NCBI GenBank assembly: GCA_036785375.1
Contig: JAWMAR010000193.1
Coordinates: 4,154,001 to 4,218,000, forward strand
Length of the DNA stretch: 64,000 nucleotides
Direction of reading: 5' to 3'
From: Leucoraja ocellata
Lineage: Eukaryota
Shown: piece by piece, positions 1 to 12,760 of the stretch
Numbering within the stretch: the first letter of the stretch is position 1
Layout of the letters: every line of letters begins with the position of its first letter
The notes under the pieces: model-generated
Database searches by the model: none
The model's input: only the letters and a program-made list of their open reading frames with translations
What the model was told of the DNA's origin: nothing
Made by a program: the position numbers and the translations under genes

Positions 1-156
1 CATCCTTACTGCTTTCCCATTTCCTTAACAGCATATTGAAAACTCCATGGGTATCACTGGATTTCTCCCGATCTCTGGCATGTGTAGTGTAGTGAAAGTA
101 AAGTTTCAAACCACCTTATAACTTTCTAAATGCATCAAATTCAGATCAAATAACTA

Positions 157-478
157 GGGTGGCACAGCTGGTAGAGCTGCTGCCTCACAGCGCCAGAGAC
201 CTGGGTTCAATCCTGCTCGCGGTGATGTGTCTGTGTGGAGTTTGCACGTTCTCCCTGTGACCGTGCAGGTTTCCTCCAGGTGCTTCAGTTTCCTCCCATA
301 TCCCAAAGACGTGGAGGTTTATACATTAATTGGCCTAGTGTAAAATTTCCCCTAGTGTGTAGGGTGTGAATTTGAATGTGGGATAACACAGAACTAGTGT
401 GAACGGGTGATCACTGGTCAGTTTGGGCTTGGTAAGTCAAACGGCCTGTTTTCCTACTGCACCTCTAAACTAAGCTAA
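157..478 (+). mobile_element. V-SINE (HE1-like) full-length copy
   Basis: tRNA-like head (ggtggcacagctggtagagc...gggttcaatcc), V-domain core (tgtgtggagtttgcacgttctccctgtgacc...gtttcctccca), LINE-like tail ending ctaaactaag. Confidence 0.8.
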
Positions 479-718
479 GAGAACAGCAGCCTGCCAGTGA
501 AACTATATAGAAGGGTAAGAACGTTCTGAAACTCATTGGTAGGCAGAATTTAAAACCAGTTGACTATGACATTAAGAGAAAAGGGGAAGAGGTCTTGGAG
601 AGGCTATGTGGTTGGATGGGAAAGTTGAAGATTATGCATTTTCTGTCATAGAAGAAAAATAGATCAAAGCATCAAAATTCTATTTCAAACAGTTCTATTA
701 TGATCTACATGAAACTGC

Positions 719-1490
719 AGGCTGAAATCTTGAGCTGGAGGAACTCAATGGGTCTGACAGCATTCGTGGAGGGAATGGAGAGACAATATATTGGGTCGGG
801 ATCCTTGAGCAGCACTTCATATTCCGCTTGGATTGCTTACTAAAATGGTATTCACATTGAATTCTTCAATTTCAGATAAGGCCCCTCTAACCTCAGCTCC
901 CAACACCTTAGTCACCCTAGAGAGAAGGAATGGGTGACGTTTCGGGTCGAGACCCTTCTTCAGACTGAAATGTCACCCATTCCTTCTTTCCAGAGATCCT
1001 GCCTGTCCCACTGAGTTATCCTGTCTTTTGTGTCTATATTTGGTTTAAACCAGCATCTGCAGTTCCTTCCTACAACCCAGTCACCCCGATCTTTTCCCCT
1101 CCTCTACAAGCTTGTCTACCATCCCTGGGACCCATATTTTCCTTTTATTCCCCCTTTTCCCCCTCTCCAATTCCAACACTATCCCTCCCTCAAGCTTTAC
1201 ATTTCACACCTACTTTTCTTTCCTTATCTGCCCACCTTTTGTCTCTTTTTCACCTCGAGTCTTTGTCACCTACTCCATCCATCTGTCAGCCTGCCAACCA
1301 CCTCCCTCCCCAACCTCCTGTGTCTGTCTATCACTTGCTAGGCTTTCTCTCCCCCCTACTCCATCAGTCTGAAGAAGGATTCAAGCCCAAAACATCATTT
1401 GTGCTTTCCCCACGTGACCTGCTGAATTCCTCCAGCAGTTTGTTTTTTTGCTTGAGATTCCTGCAACTGCAGTTTCTATTGTCTCCAATA
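719..1490 (+). mobile_element. Penelope-like element remnant with nested short palindromic pLTR insertion (~918-1078)
   Basis: 808-877 encodes a degenerate GIY-YIG C-terminal tail (EQHFIFRL...IEFFNFR), followed by a pyrimidine-rich UTR and pLTR-type motifs. Hammerhead-like core on the - strand at 936-963. Confidence 0.65.
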
Positions 1491-3903
1491 GATTACAACA
1501 GAATTGTTTGACAAAGTATTTTGCAGAATGAACAGCATGGCTTCTCCTCAGTTTAACCAGGTAGGTAAGTGTTCATTAATAATGAAAAAGGGAATCCTTC
1601 CAGGGGTGTTAGAAAGTACAAACAAGTCAAAGCATTTGTTCCTCGGGTAATCTACACATCAATTATCCTGCTGGGCTAATTGCTACTTTCTATACCTCAG
1701 GTACCTAAGCATTCACGCATATTCAGTCTTTCATGCTCCTGATCAAAAACTAGTAGATTGAGGAGATATTGTGAAGATAGCTCTTCTTGTCAGGCAGTCA
1801 TTTACTTATTGCACGGAGGTGGGATGGGAAGAAAAGCCATTTCCTGCACCTTGTTGTTACCTGGTGGGGTTGCTATTCAGGTGACAAGGATTCTGGCACA
1901 GGAGGGGAACAGCTGTGTTTTATACTTCATTTCCATTTGAATGAAACTCAAGTGAACCTGGGCAGAGACCTAGACTTCACCTGGATCCTATTTTCTCTGA
2001 TCTTTTAGCTCCCGAGAGAAAAGGCCTCGTGACCTCCTTGAAATCCTATTTCCTATCTAATAATTCGCAAAGTTCACGTTGGTGAACCAGTTCAGCACAG
2101 CACAAGACGCAGATACTCATCAAAATGTGTTTACGCACTGATTTTGCGCATTGTCTTTAGGAAAGTGAATTTTTAAAAAAACTGGTATGTAACTATTTAT
2201 TTTGGTAAGGGTCCAAAGACCTGATTTTGATGGTTCTCTCCAGCAAGTAGGATAGTACCTTATAAAATGTGGCCACTTAGTCACATAACCTAAGGAGTTT
2301 GATGCTGTTCATATGGGTGTAACATTGTTATGCCTGATTAAATAACAACAAGGTTCCTTGGGTTAGGATGAATATTTTCCAAGATGTTAATTCATACTTC
2401 TTTTTGCAAGTGTATGTAATTTATAAATAGATTCTCTTTTTGTCATTTTCTCCTTCCACTCTAAAAAACAATTATTTTTCTTTTAAAAAGTACTGGGTTG
2501 CAAGCCCTGACCCAGCATCCATTCTCTATTGATCTGTTCAGCGTATGTCACCCAGAACAAAATCTTCTTAGTGTTCCATTGGTACAAAAATGTAAGTACT
2601 GAAAATAATGGCCAAGATCCTCAAAGCAGCCACGGAATACAATATGCTGCCCCCCTAAACTAGGTTTAATTTGCAAAATTTAGGAATTAGTCCTCAAACA
2701 TGTAGATTGAGTAGTATTTACAGACAAGCCAATCTGCGGACCCAGGCTAAAATGGAAGCTTTTGTGACGGAAAGGTTTTCTGTTCTCTTTGGATGCATAT
2801 TGTGCCAGTTTAATTTGACCCCATTGGCTCCATACCACATTAAAGGTGGATTTCCTCACCTAGAGGCTGCTGATCAAGGTCTCTGGAACGTACTGTATCT
2901 ATTCACAAGCAACGATGACAAGGGATGGCCCTCGAATGAATTAAAATGCCAACTTTTTGCAGCTATGGGGAGCAATATAATGAGAATTTCTACAAATGTT
3001 GGCTACCAATGACAGTTTTAATCTGACTGGTTTGGCTCATCACACTTATTTCATACAGCTGTCCAAATGATCATGTAAAAGCATTGCTATTGAAATATTA
3101 TGATCCAGACAATCTAATACCTGTTTTGATGATTGCCAGCAATTGAGAAATAGCAATTTCGGGATTCACCTTGTCCAGGCTTCCAGAGGAAGTGATTATT
3201 TCCAATTGTGCATTTTTATGGTAGGTCAGACCATATTTTGGATCACGTCACTTTGGTAGTGATCATTGCGTTTTGACTTTGTAGCCCAGATACATTAAAC
3301 AGTACTCTCAAACAAAGAACCTGCATTAAATAGTTCTCAAAAAGAATGCAAAATAACCTTGAATAATTCAGATTGATTTCCATCTGTATGTCACTGATAT
3401 TCCGATTTTTCCAGTAAAGTAAAATAAATCTGTGGGAAAATATGCTAGGAGCATTCATAATTTTAATTAGGTATTGTGTTACAGGATTTTTTAGTAAAGC
3501 AAAGACTGGCAACAGCAAAACTTTGAGTCCTACAGTTCTCATTTAGTTTACATGGTAAAAGGAAGCAACTGCTATTAAATTACTTTGAAACATTCTTTAC
3601 TTATAACTCAAGCTGTGTGGAACTGTGTTGTGTTGAAACAGTGTTCAACATATGCTTGATGTGTTAGCATTTAAATTAGTCTTTACTAAATATATATTTA
3701 GCAAGTGGATTGAATTTGAAGCATGAGGTTAAAGATATTCGCAGTAGTGCATTTATGGGGTGCTACAAATGAATAATTGAAAATGTAAGTTACCTTATTA
3801 TTTTCAGTGCTTGGTATACGGGAATACCAAAGGAAAAGGGTCTGTTCATGCCATTCTAATGGAATTTTTACTACCCTGTCACCAGCAAGTTACATGCTAT
3901 ATT

Positions 3904-4324
3904 NNNNNNNNNNNNNNNNNNNNNNNNNNNNNNNNNNNNNNNNNNNNNNNNNNNNNNNNNNNNNNNNNNNNNNNNNNNNNNNNNNNNNNNNNNNNNNNNN
4001 NNNNNNNNNNNNNNNNNNNNNNNNNNNNNNNNNNNNNNNNNNNNNNNNNNNNNNNNNNNNNNNNNNNNNNNNNNNNNNNNNNNNNNNNNNNNNNNNNNNN
4101 NNNNNNNNNNNNNNNNNNNNNNNNNNNNNNNNNNNNNNNNNNNNNNNNNNNNNNNNNNNNNNNNNNNNNNNNNNNNNNNNNNNNNNNNNNNNNNNNNNNN
4201 NNNNNNNNNNNNNNNNNNNNNNNNNNNNNNNNNNNNNNNNNNNNNNNNNNNNNNNNNNNNNNNNNNNNNNNNNNNNNNNNNNNNNNNNNNNNNNNNNNNN
4301 NNNNNNNNNNNNNNNNNNNNNNNN
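3904..4324. other. assembly gap or masked run of N
   Basis: 421 N. Confidence 0.99.
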
Positions 4325-5480
4325 TGCTATTCCCCTCTCACCTCTCCCTCCGCCTTCTTCATTCCCCCCTTTCTCCGTCTGCCCATCCTGTCGACGCACC
4401 ATTGTGATATTGCTAATTTTATTCCCTGAGTTGTTATCATTATTTGATAATGTGGTCACCCATTTGAAAAGTAAACACGATTTAAAATATGTATAACATG
4501 CTCTAAATGCCTCAGTGTACAGTTCTCAACAATTCTTACGCTCCTTTATTCCCTAGCACGATGGAAGCACTAAAGATCTGCCAAATGTTCATATCTCAGA
4601 TGATGTAGTGGGGAGGTACTCCAACTAACAGGGGACTTTGCACATGCGAAAACATTTAGGCCTCCGTTGCAAGAGAAAGGAAGCTGATAGCAGTGCAGTG
4701 TGACTATCTGCCTGACTTTTGCCACACCCTGCGTTAGACTGATGAGCACCAGTTTACTACCCACGTCAGCAGATTCCAGTACCTGAGAGATAGGGTTCAG
4801 CAGGCTGCTGATGGCATCGGGCCATACAGGCCTCCCAGAACAGCTGAAACTAACAGGAAAGGGATTGGAATCTGAATGCCGTATGAGGCCAGGCTTCAGA
4901 GAAAGGCCACAGATAAGTGTTTTGACTTTTGAGCAGTTACATCCACAGCAGACGGATTGTACCGCCCGTACCATGTGTTATGTTGAATCCTCAAGCCAGT
5001 GCTTCAGTTATGTCTTCCAGGATGGTGTAGAAACATTTGGGAAAGCTGGAAAAATATGTTTATTGGGGCCAGATGGGAGAAAAGATACAGCAAGTGTGTG
5101 AAGGCTAATGAGGGTGAGGTGAAAGCCACTAGGACAAAGGTAAGCTTGACTATTTACCCAGGTGGAGAAAGAGTATTTATTCCTTAAAGAAAATAAAAGC
5201 TGCAAGAAGTCCAACAGAATAAAAGGTGAATCATGTAGTGCCTTCTCCCAAAATGACACAAGGTCTTATTACAGCAGATCAAGATGCTGATATTGGATCT
5301 TAGCCTGAATTAAATTCAAGCAAACAACCGATCGCATGTTCTCTTTAACAGGACATATGTAAGTGAAATAAATAGAAATAATATCAAGCTTTCTGGCCCA
5401 ATTCACACCAGATGAACTATTTTAGAACTTTGATGTTTGATTTGTTTGCAAATGGAACAGACTGACGTACCACAGAAATA

Positions 5481-5708
5481 GTGTAGAAACAAGGCACAGC
5501 AGATGCTGGTTTGCACAAAAGGACACAAAGTGCTGGAGTAACAGGTCAGGCGGCAACTCTGGAGAACATGGATAGGTGGTGTGCCTGGACGGGACCCTTC
5601 TTCAGAGTGTGGAGTCTGAAGAAGGTTCCCAACCCAAAACGTCACCTATCCATCTTCTCCACAGATGCTGCCTGGCCCACTGACTTCCTCCAACACTTTG
5701 TGTCCTTT
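5481..5708. mobile_element. palindromic Penelope-pLTR-derived short repeat
   Basis: ggacacaaagtgctggag...cttcttcaga followed by its inverted copy tctgaagaag...caacactttgtgtcc. Confidence 0.7.
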
Positions 5709-6681
5709 TCCCACAGAAATCGTATATTGATTCTGTATTCTTATGCAGACGGTGGGCTCCATTTTGCTTGACCTACAAAAATTCTGCAAATCCACATGAT
5801 TTCACAGTTCATATATTGAGGTGTATTTACACAACGATAGCCCTCACAAGCGCAAAAGGCATGGCTGTGGCAGTATAAATTACACGGGGTAAGTTCATTG
5901 ATCCCATTCTCTTCAGCAAGATGCTGTACTTGACAAGTCTCTGAGCTACAATATCCAATGCCACTTTTCCAGCATTTTTTCCTTTCAGTGTGAGATCGAT
6001 GAACGTAATAGGTGGCCCAAAAGTTTTTTTTTTTGGCCCGTGTACATACTTTGTAATGAATAGATTGTGTGAAATACCGCAAGCAAGTCAGCTGATGCAC
6101 ATACTCCAGTCCGTCTTGGTGCAGGAACTGGGAATATATATCAGGTTAGTAATTGTTCTTTGTCCGTTTAGCCAGGAATAGTCTGCCTTATTCCAATGCC
6201 CTGTGTATATTCTGATGGAATCGGTCACGTTTGCATTAAAACAGTTATTGTGATAGTTTGGGTCTGGCCCATGTTGCCTGATACATTGAGCCACTGAACC
6301 AATGAAATGGTTCAAATGACAAAGCTCATACCATGAACCCATTTCAAAGTCATGAATTGAAATCTCTAGTCTGCTCTTTTCAAAATTCTTGATGGCATGG
6401 CAACAAAGAAGCAAGCAAGTGTTTTACGTTGCGAACTGTATAGACTTCTCTTTGAGGCTGCAGTAATTGTGCAGAGGCGTGCAGAGTGTATATGTGTGGC
6501 GTATGTGTGCCTTTGTGTGCCTGTGTGAGTATGTGTGTGCATGCGCATCAACATGTGTGGGTGGGTGCACGCATCTGTAAATGGATAAGGAAATTAAAAT
6601 GCATGTTAGAATAATGAAATCGATATGTGTATAAGATGTTAAAAGAGAGAGTTATAGTCATACAGCACGGAAACAGGTCAT

Positions 6682-6841
6682 AGACACAAAATGCTGGAGT
6701 AACTCAGCGGGACAGGCAGCAGGTCGACCCAAAACGTCACCCATTTCTTTTATCCAGAGATGCTGCCTGTCCCGCTGAGTTACTCCAGCATTTTGTGTCT
6801 ATCTTTGGTTTAAACCAGCATCTGCAGTTTCTTCCTACACA
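6682..6841 (+). mobile_element. palindromic Penelope-pLTR-derived insertion with 12-bp TSD
   Basis: Inverted arms agacacaaaatgctggagtaactcagcgggacaggcagc / gctgcctgtcccgctgagttactccagcattttgtgtct. Flanking direct repeat gaaacaggtcat at 6670-6681 and 6842-6853. Confidence 0.75.
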
Positions 6842-7753
6842 GAAACAGGTCATTTGGCCCACTTTGCCCATGCTGATTAAGATGTCCCCACTGTGCTTGT
6901 CCCACCTGCCTGCAAATCTAATAACCTAAAGTTGTTATTACAAAGTACACTCATTAAGTCCATGAAACAATTTCAAGATTGGATTTACATGTTTGAACCC
7001 CAAAGTTTCAATTAATTGAATACTAATATCACTTAAAAGTTATTTTAAATTTACCTCCTGATGCTTTAGGAAATACATGCAAGAGACCATCATTTAAATT
7101 ATAACGCTAAGATATCTGGAGACACACCTTGCAGTCAATCATAGTGTTGCAACCAATATCAAATTTGAACCATCTGGGTTTTTTTTTGTTACAACTGTGC
7201 TGCCATGCCATGACGTGATGATTTGTGAGGTACAATTAAGTATTTGATGAATAAATGTTCTGTGCCATAAGAAATGCTTACATGTGATTTACAAATAAAT
7301 CTATGGTGAGAATGTTCAGCATCAAATTTGAACCAGAAACTAACTTGGAGGTAGCAAATGGCAAGTTGAACCGTGAATGTGGTCTGGTTGGTTGCTTACT
7401 TCTTTTGAATGTTTTTTTCTTCCCATACCTGTTCAAAATCTGCCAGCTTTCCTCCTGTTTGCACCAGTGTATCGAGGGGAGGAGTTCAACAAAAATACTG
7501 ATTAAATTATGCATGGGAGCAGATAAGATACTTAATTTAGTCACTGCCTTTTTTTTAAAAAGCCGTAGGAAGCTAAAAAGAGACCTTTATTTTCTAAAAA
7601 GAAATTGGCCCCTTTGTGACAGCAAAGTACCAGCTTGCACACAGGCGAAACTGTAACAATTTTATATTCTCAACGTTTTGTGTGTATTTGGTTAGTTACA
7701 GTAATTATGCCCAATAACTGACAGCCGAAATCACGTAGGGAAAGGCAGACTGC

Positions 7754-8105
7754 NNNNNNNNNNNNNNNNNNNNNNNNNNNNNNNNNNNNNNNNNNNNNNN
7801 NNNNNNNNNNNNNNNNNNNNNNNNNNNNNNNNNNNNNNNNNNNNNNNNNNNNNNNNNNNNNNNNNNNNNNNNNNNNNNNNNNNNNNNNNNNNNAAAGCTG
7901 ATAGGATGTGGTCGCTGGCTCACCTGTGTGACAAACAGATTTTTTTTCCTTTGCTCTTTCGACCTGANNNNNNNNNNNNNNNNNNNNNNNNNNNNNNNNN
8001 NNNNNNNNNNNNNNNNNNNNNNNNNNNNNNNNNNNNNNNNNNNNNNNNNNNNNNNNNNNNNNNNNNNNNNNNNNNNNNNNNNNNNNNNNNNNNNNNNNNN
8101 NNNNN
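7754..8105. other. two N runs (7754-7893 and 7968-8105)
   Basis: runs of N separated by 74 called bases. Confidence 0.99.
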
Positions 8106-10134
8106 CTTGATGGGGGCTCTGTGCATTTGTTGCAAGATAGAACATGTGTGGATGTGTGTGCACAGATGGCTGAGTGTTATGGGGTGAGAAAAGGTGGTAC
8201 CTCAGAACAGTTGAACAAACCTTGCTCTGCTAGCCTGTTGCTTGGGATTGAACAAATAATGGGACTTTAATTGAATTAAAGACCAGCCTCAGTCAGTGCC
8301 TCGTGACAGAAATTATCGAATCTCTCGTTTCTCATTGTTCCATTTACACGTCGCTGAATTTCCTGCTTTTGTGCTTTGTCACCCCTGCTATAAAGAATAC
8401 CCGTAATGCATTGAACGTCTGCCTCTGTGCTTTTTCACTTCTGTCACTTCTTGCCTAGTTTTGGTGGGTTGTGAGGTGAGGTCTGGTATAGTCAGCTGCA
8501 TCTTTGTCAGCTTAACAAGGCCCAAAACTCCCTGGAAACCTAGCAGACAATGACCTCATTTCCAATTTGCAAATGCGCACACCTCCCCATTGAGCCATTC
8601 AGGTGATTAACATACTTCCAAATCCTTTTTTTTCTAAGCACGACAAATTTGCTTTCATCCAATGAGGTGAATGTCCGTTCACATCCCATGCAAGTGATGG
8701 GCTGGAAAGCAACACATGCCTGTGAGCCGTGCCAGACAGAGAAGGCCCTTGTTAATTCCCAGCACCAGAAATAAATATGATTCTTAGCTGAGAGGATTAC
8801 ATGGCATTTGAGTATAGGCTGCCCCAACCAGAAGTGAACTTTGTATTTTTCCTTATAAAACAACTGCTCTGCTGCTGATGGAAGGCACTCACTGTGAGTC
8901 TTTAGCTGCATGGGATCACGAGAGTTTATTTGCACTAAGTTATTTCCTTGTGGACCCGGCTGTCAGTTCTACATTTAAAGGTATGGTTCGATTTTAGTCA
9001 CTCCTGTACAAGCGATTTTGTAAAAGAGGTTCTAGTAAAAGTTGAGATTCACCGACGAGAAGGCTGACGGGGACTCTGGCTGAATGAATTTCATTGCTGT
9101 TGTTCTTGGATGCAAGAAGTTATGCTTTAGGTGGAGACAAAAGGCCTCAAAAGAACTATAAATCAGGATTAGTATTCTGATTTTGATTGATAATTTATTG
9201 CAAGGGCTTTTCGGGGGAGATTTGCTAGTCAGTTTTAAGTGATTTTAGTACTGATACATAGTAAAAAAAAGTGATCTTTCGTTCCAGTGCTGCCTGATTC
9301 TATTTGCATGTATATTAATCAACACTAAACCCAGGATTGACTTGTGGCCTTGAATTGGAGATGATCCAATGTTTCAGGTACTACTCCCTTTGGGGGAATA
9401 AAGCATGGTGCTGAGTACAAGTGGATGGTCAGAATACTTAAAATGTATCATAACCTTTGATCTAAAAGCTTCAAACTGTTCTTTCAGTATTTAGTAGAGA
9501 AAGAGTATATTTAGCCAATGCTTTTACCATAATTTATATTTGCTGGGTTTTCTGCTAAAAGCATTGCTGTGAAAGCTGGCACACGAAGACAATGATCTGT
9601 AAAGGCAGGAGGTTTAATGCTTTATGTAAGATCAAACCTTTGCAATGTTCTGTTTTCATTTTATTTTCCCCCGCATTTGACTCTGTTATTTAAGCTCCAT
9701 TCATTCAGAGGCAATCGAATCAGCTGTCAGTTCTGTTTACAAGCCTGCAATTAATGCATTGTCTTTACTTGATGCCCCCATGCCATCTAATTTGCTTGGT
9801 CACAAGTCAGGAAACAATTTGGCGCGATGACGTCTTTGCTGAGCGTGATCATCATTGATCGCACTGGTTGCTGAGTGCATGTTATTTCAGTTGCAGCAGA
9901 GGTGCCAAATGGATGGTCCATTATTACAAAGCCTAGGTCATCCACAAGGGGCTCTTTGCCAAATTGGTTGTCTATGTTGAAGCGAGGATCTTAAACCGTG
10001 CAAAACACTTTGACCAGGCATTATCATGTGGACCCTGTGGCAAAATGGCTGCAATAGTAGGTGAGCATCTGAGTAGGAAATAGAACATAATCACCTGAAC
10101 TTGAGGACCATTCGCACTCTCTTTTCGCTCATTG

Positions 10135-10356
10135 CTCTGTTTTACACAAAGGCTAGTAGGTGTTTGGAACGAGCTGCCGGAGGAGGTAGTTAAGGCAGGT
10201 ACTATCAGAATGTTGAAAGTATGTTTGTATAGTTACATGAATAGGATAAGTTTAGATATGGGCCAAATGCAGGCAGATGGAACTAGTGTGGATGGGGCAT
10301 GTTGGTCGGCATGGGCAGGTTGGGCTGAAGGGTCTGTTTCCACGCTATTTGACTAT
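10135..10356 (+). mobile_element. CR1/HER1-type LINE 3' end
   Basis: Encodes FTQRLVGVWNELPEEVVKAGTI, typical of the CR1 ORF2 C-terminus, followed by the tail gggctgaagggtctgtttcc. Confidence 0.75.
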
Positions 10357-10865
10357 GTTCGGAGCTGACCCATTAGACAACCTTTCATCTTGGAATAGGT
10401 GGGGATATTAAAGGAGTAGCAAAATTCAGTCAGTCTAATTCTGTTGGTGAAGGATCGAATTGGGACTGCTCTGACTGGAAACATCACCTATCCATGTTCT
10501 CCAGATTTGTTGCTTGATCCACTGAGTAACTCCAACACTTTGTGTCTTCTTTATGATATAAGCAGTCCAATTTTTTTGCCAGAGGCAAGTGATAAACCGC
10601 CCTCATTAGAAAATTGATGATAGTGGTGGAGAGCCAAGGACAGGGAGAGAAACCTAGTTAAGATAAGTTGAATTTTAGCACTAACTAACGGATAGTTTAA
10701 AGCAAGTTGAAATAAGTTATCCTTATAAATAATGCCTTGAAACATAATTTGCTCACTTAACCCCTCCTGAAATTGTATTTAACATACAGGTATTTTCTAA
10801 ACTCTGTTTGAAACTTCCTTCTTATTTTACTGGCCTAAAACATAACTAGATATCTCTTATCAAAG

Positions 10866-11490
10866 TCCATATATGTACATACAAGCATAGGATTGAGGAA
10901 GCCACTTAGCCTCTTAAGTCTGTTCTGCCATTTAATGAGATTATTACTGATCTGATTGTAACCTCATCAATGTATTCCTATGTACCCAAGCTAACCTTTC
11001 AACACCTTGATCGATCATATCATACATTCAACATCATATCGACCACCCTTTGAAGAAGTTTCAAAAATTCAGGACCCTCTGAGAGAAAGAAATAATTGTC
11101 ACATCCCTGTTTTAAATGAGTGACTCCTTAATTTGAAAGGTGACCAACAGTTCTATAATCTCCATCAAGGGGAATCGTCGTCTTCTTTGCATGTCTCCTC
11201 AGCAAATTATATGTTTCAATCACATTCCCTTTCACTTGTCTAAGCTCCAGTGAATGTAAGTCGCTAGCGATATTCTACATGTGGTATGTAAAAACCTGCC
11301 AAAGGAAGTGGTTGAGGTAGGTACTATAATAACATTTACTGGTAAATTATATTTGCACAGGTACATGGATAGGAATGATTCGGGGAAATATGGGTTAAAT
11401 TTGGGAAAGGGGACTAGCGTAGATGGACATCGTGGTTGGCATAGACAAATTGGGCCAGAGGGTCTGTGTCCATGCTCAACAACTTTATGA
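10866..11490. mobile_element. degraded CR1 fragments (minus ~10866-11260, plus ~11275-11490)
   Basis: KNLPKEVVEVGTI motif on +; antisense CR1 3'-end motifs (gttctgccatttaatgagatt...) on -. Confidence 0.55.
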
Positions 11491-12409
11491 CAACAACCAT
11501 GTAGTCATATAGCATGGAATAAGGCCCTTGGGCTCACTGAATTTGCACTGACCATAAAGCACTCATTTACTCTACTCCTATTTTATTATTTTTCCAAGAT
11601 TTTACCACACCTCCCTCTTTGGGGCAATTTACAGAGTCACCTGCTATTTTGCACGTTTGGGATGTTGCCCAATACCTCTTCCTGAGAATGAGTTTGGATC
11701 ATATAGTTACACCAACACTCAGACCACACGGTTCTCACACTGAACACCACTATGGTCTGAAATGGCCTCAATGTATGTCAGAAGGAACTGCAGATGCTTG
11801 TTTACACCGAAGATTGACACAAAATGCTGGAGTAACTCAGTGGGTCAGGCAGCATCTCTGGAGAAAAGGAGTAGGTGATATTTTGGGTCGAGAACCTTAC
11901 AGTCTAATGAAGGGCCTGATCCGAAACGCCATCATCTCTCTTGCCTCAATATATCTTCTGTTAAAACTGTCATCTACGCCTTTCTTAGTTTTGATCACAC
12001 TATTCCAATACAATCCTGAGTATCATATGGTTCTTTATAAACCAGAGAAGACTGGAACCTTCCTGCCCAAGTCAAAACTGGATCCCACTACTTGTAGGCT
12101 TTCTAACCTATCGAGCTATCTTAATTCTTACCAATTTTAAAATCCCATCTATAGGCTTGGTTGACTTTGTCACCAGCTCTGAAACCCATTAATGTTTCCG
12201 TGCTCCTTCAATTCTTTGTTATTTCCAAATTCTATTCCAGGTCTGCCTTCAGCATTCTTCTCCCTAAATCTCAACACCTCCTTTCAGATGATCTTTGACA
12301 TTTATCTCTCTAACTTATCTTAAGCTCATCGAATATATCTTGTGGCCAGATGTCAAACTTTATTAGCTAAGTCTCGTGAAGCACCTAAGGCCATTTTCCC
12401 GTATTAAAA

Positions 12410-12760
12410 ACTCAGCAGGTCAGGCAGCATCTGCAGAAGGAAAGGACAGATGACGTTTCGGGCTGGGGACCTTCTTCAGATTGATGAGTAGTGGGGAGAA
12501 AACTGGTAAAGAGATGGTCGGGTCGGGCAAAGCCTGCAAGTGGTAGGTGGCTGCAGATGAGGGGGGCTGATTGGCAGATGGGTACAGTAGGTGACAAAGG
12601 CTAAAGGTGAAAAGGCGACACAAGGATATCAGATAAGGTAAGAAGGGTCTAGACCCGAAACGTTGCCTATTTCCTTCGCTCCATAGATGCTGCCTCACCC
12701 GCTGAGTTTCTCCAACGTTTTTTCTACCTTCAATTTTCCAGCATCTGCAGTTCCTTCTTA
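12410..12760. mobile_element. Penelope pLTR fragments in both orientations
   Basis: Hammerhead-like core on - at 12452-12479, plus an oppositely oriented copy agaagggtctagacccgaaacgttgcc at ~12641. Confidence 0.65.

Noticed and set aside
157-215. tRNA gene
   Set aside because: The A/B-box-like head runs straight into a V-SINE body and does not form a complete cloverleaf
3807-4496. Long ORFs spanning the N run (also 7705-8187)
   Set aside because: They are open only because N codons contain no stops
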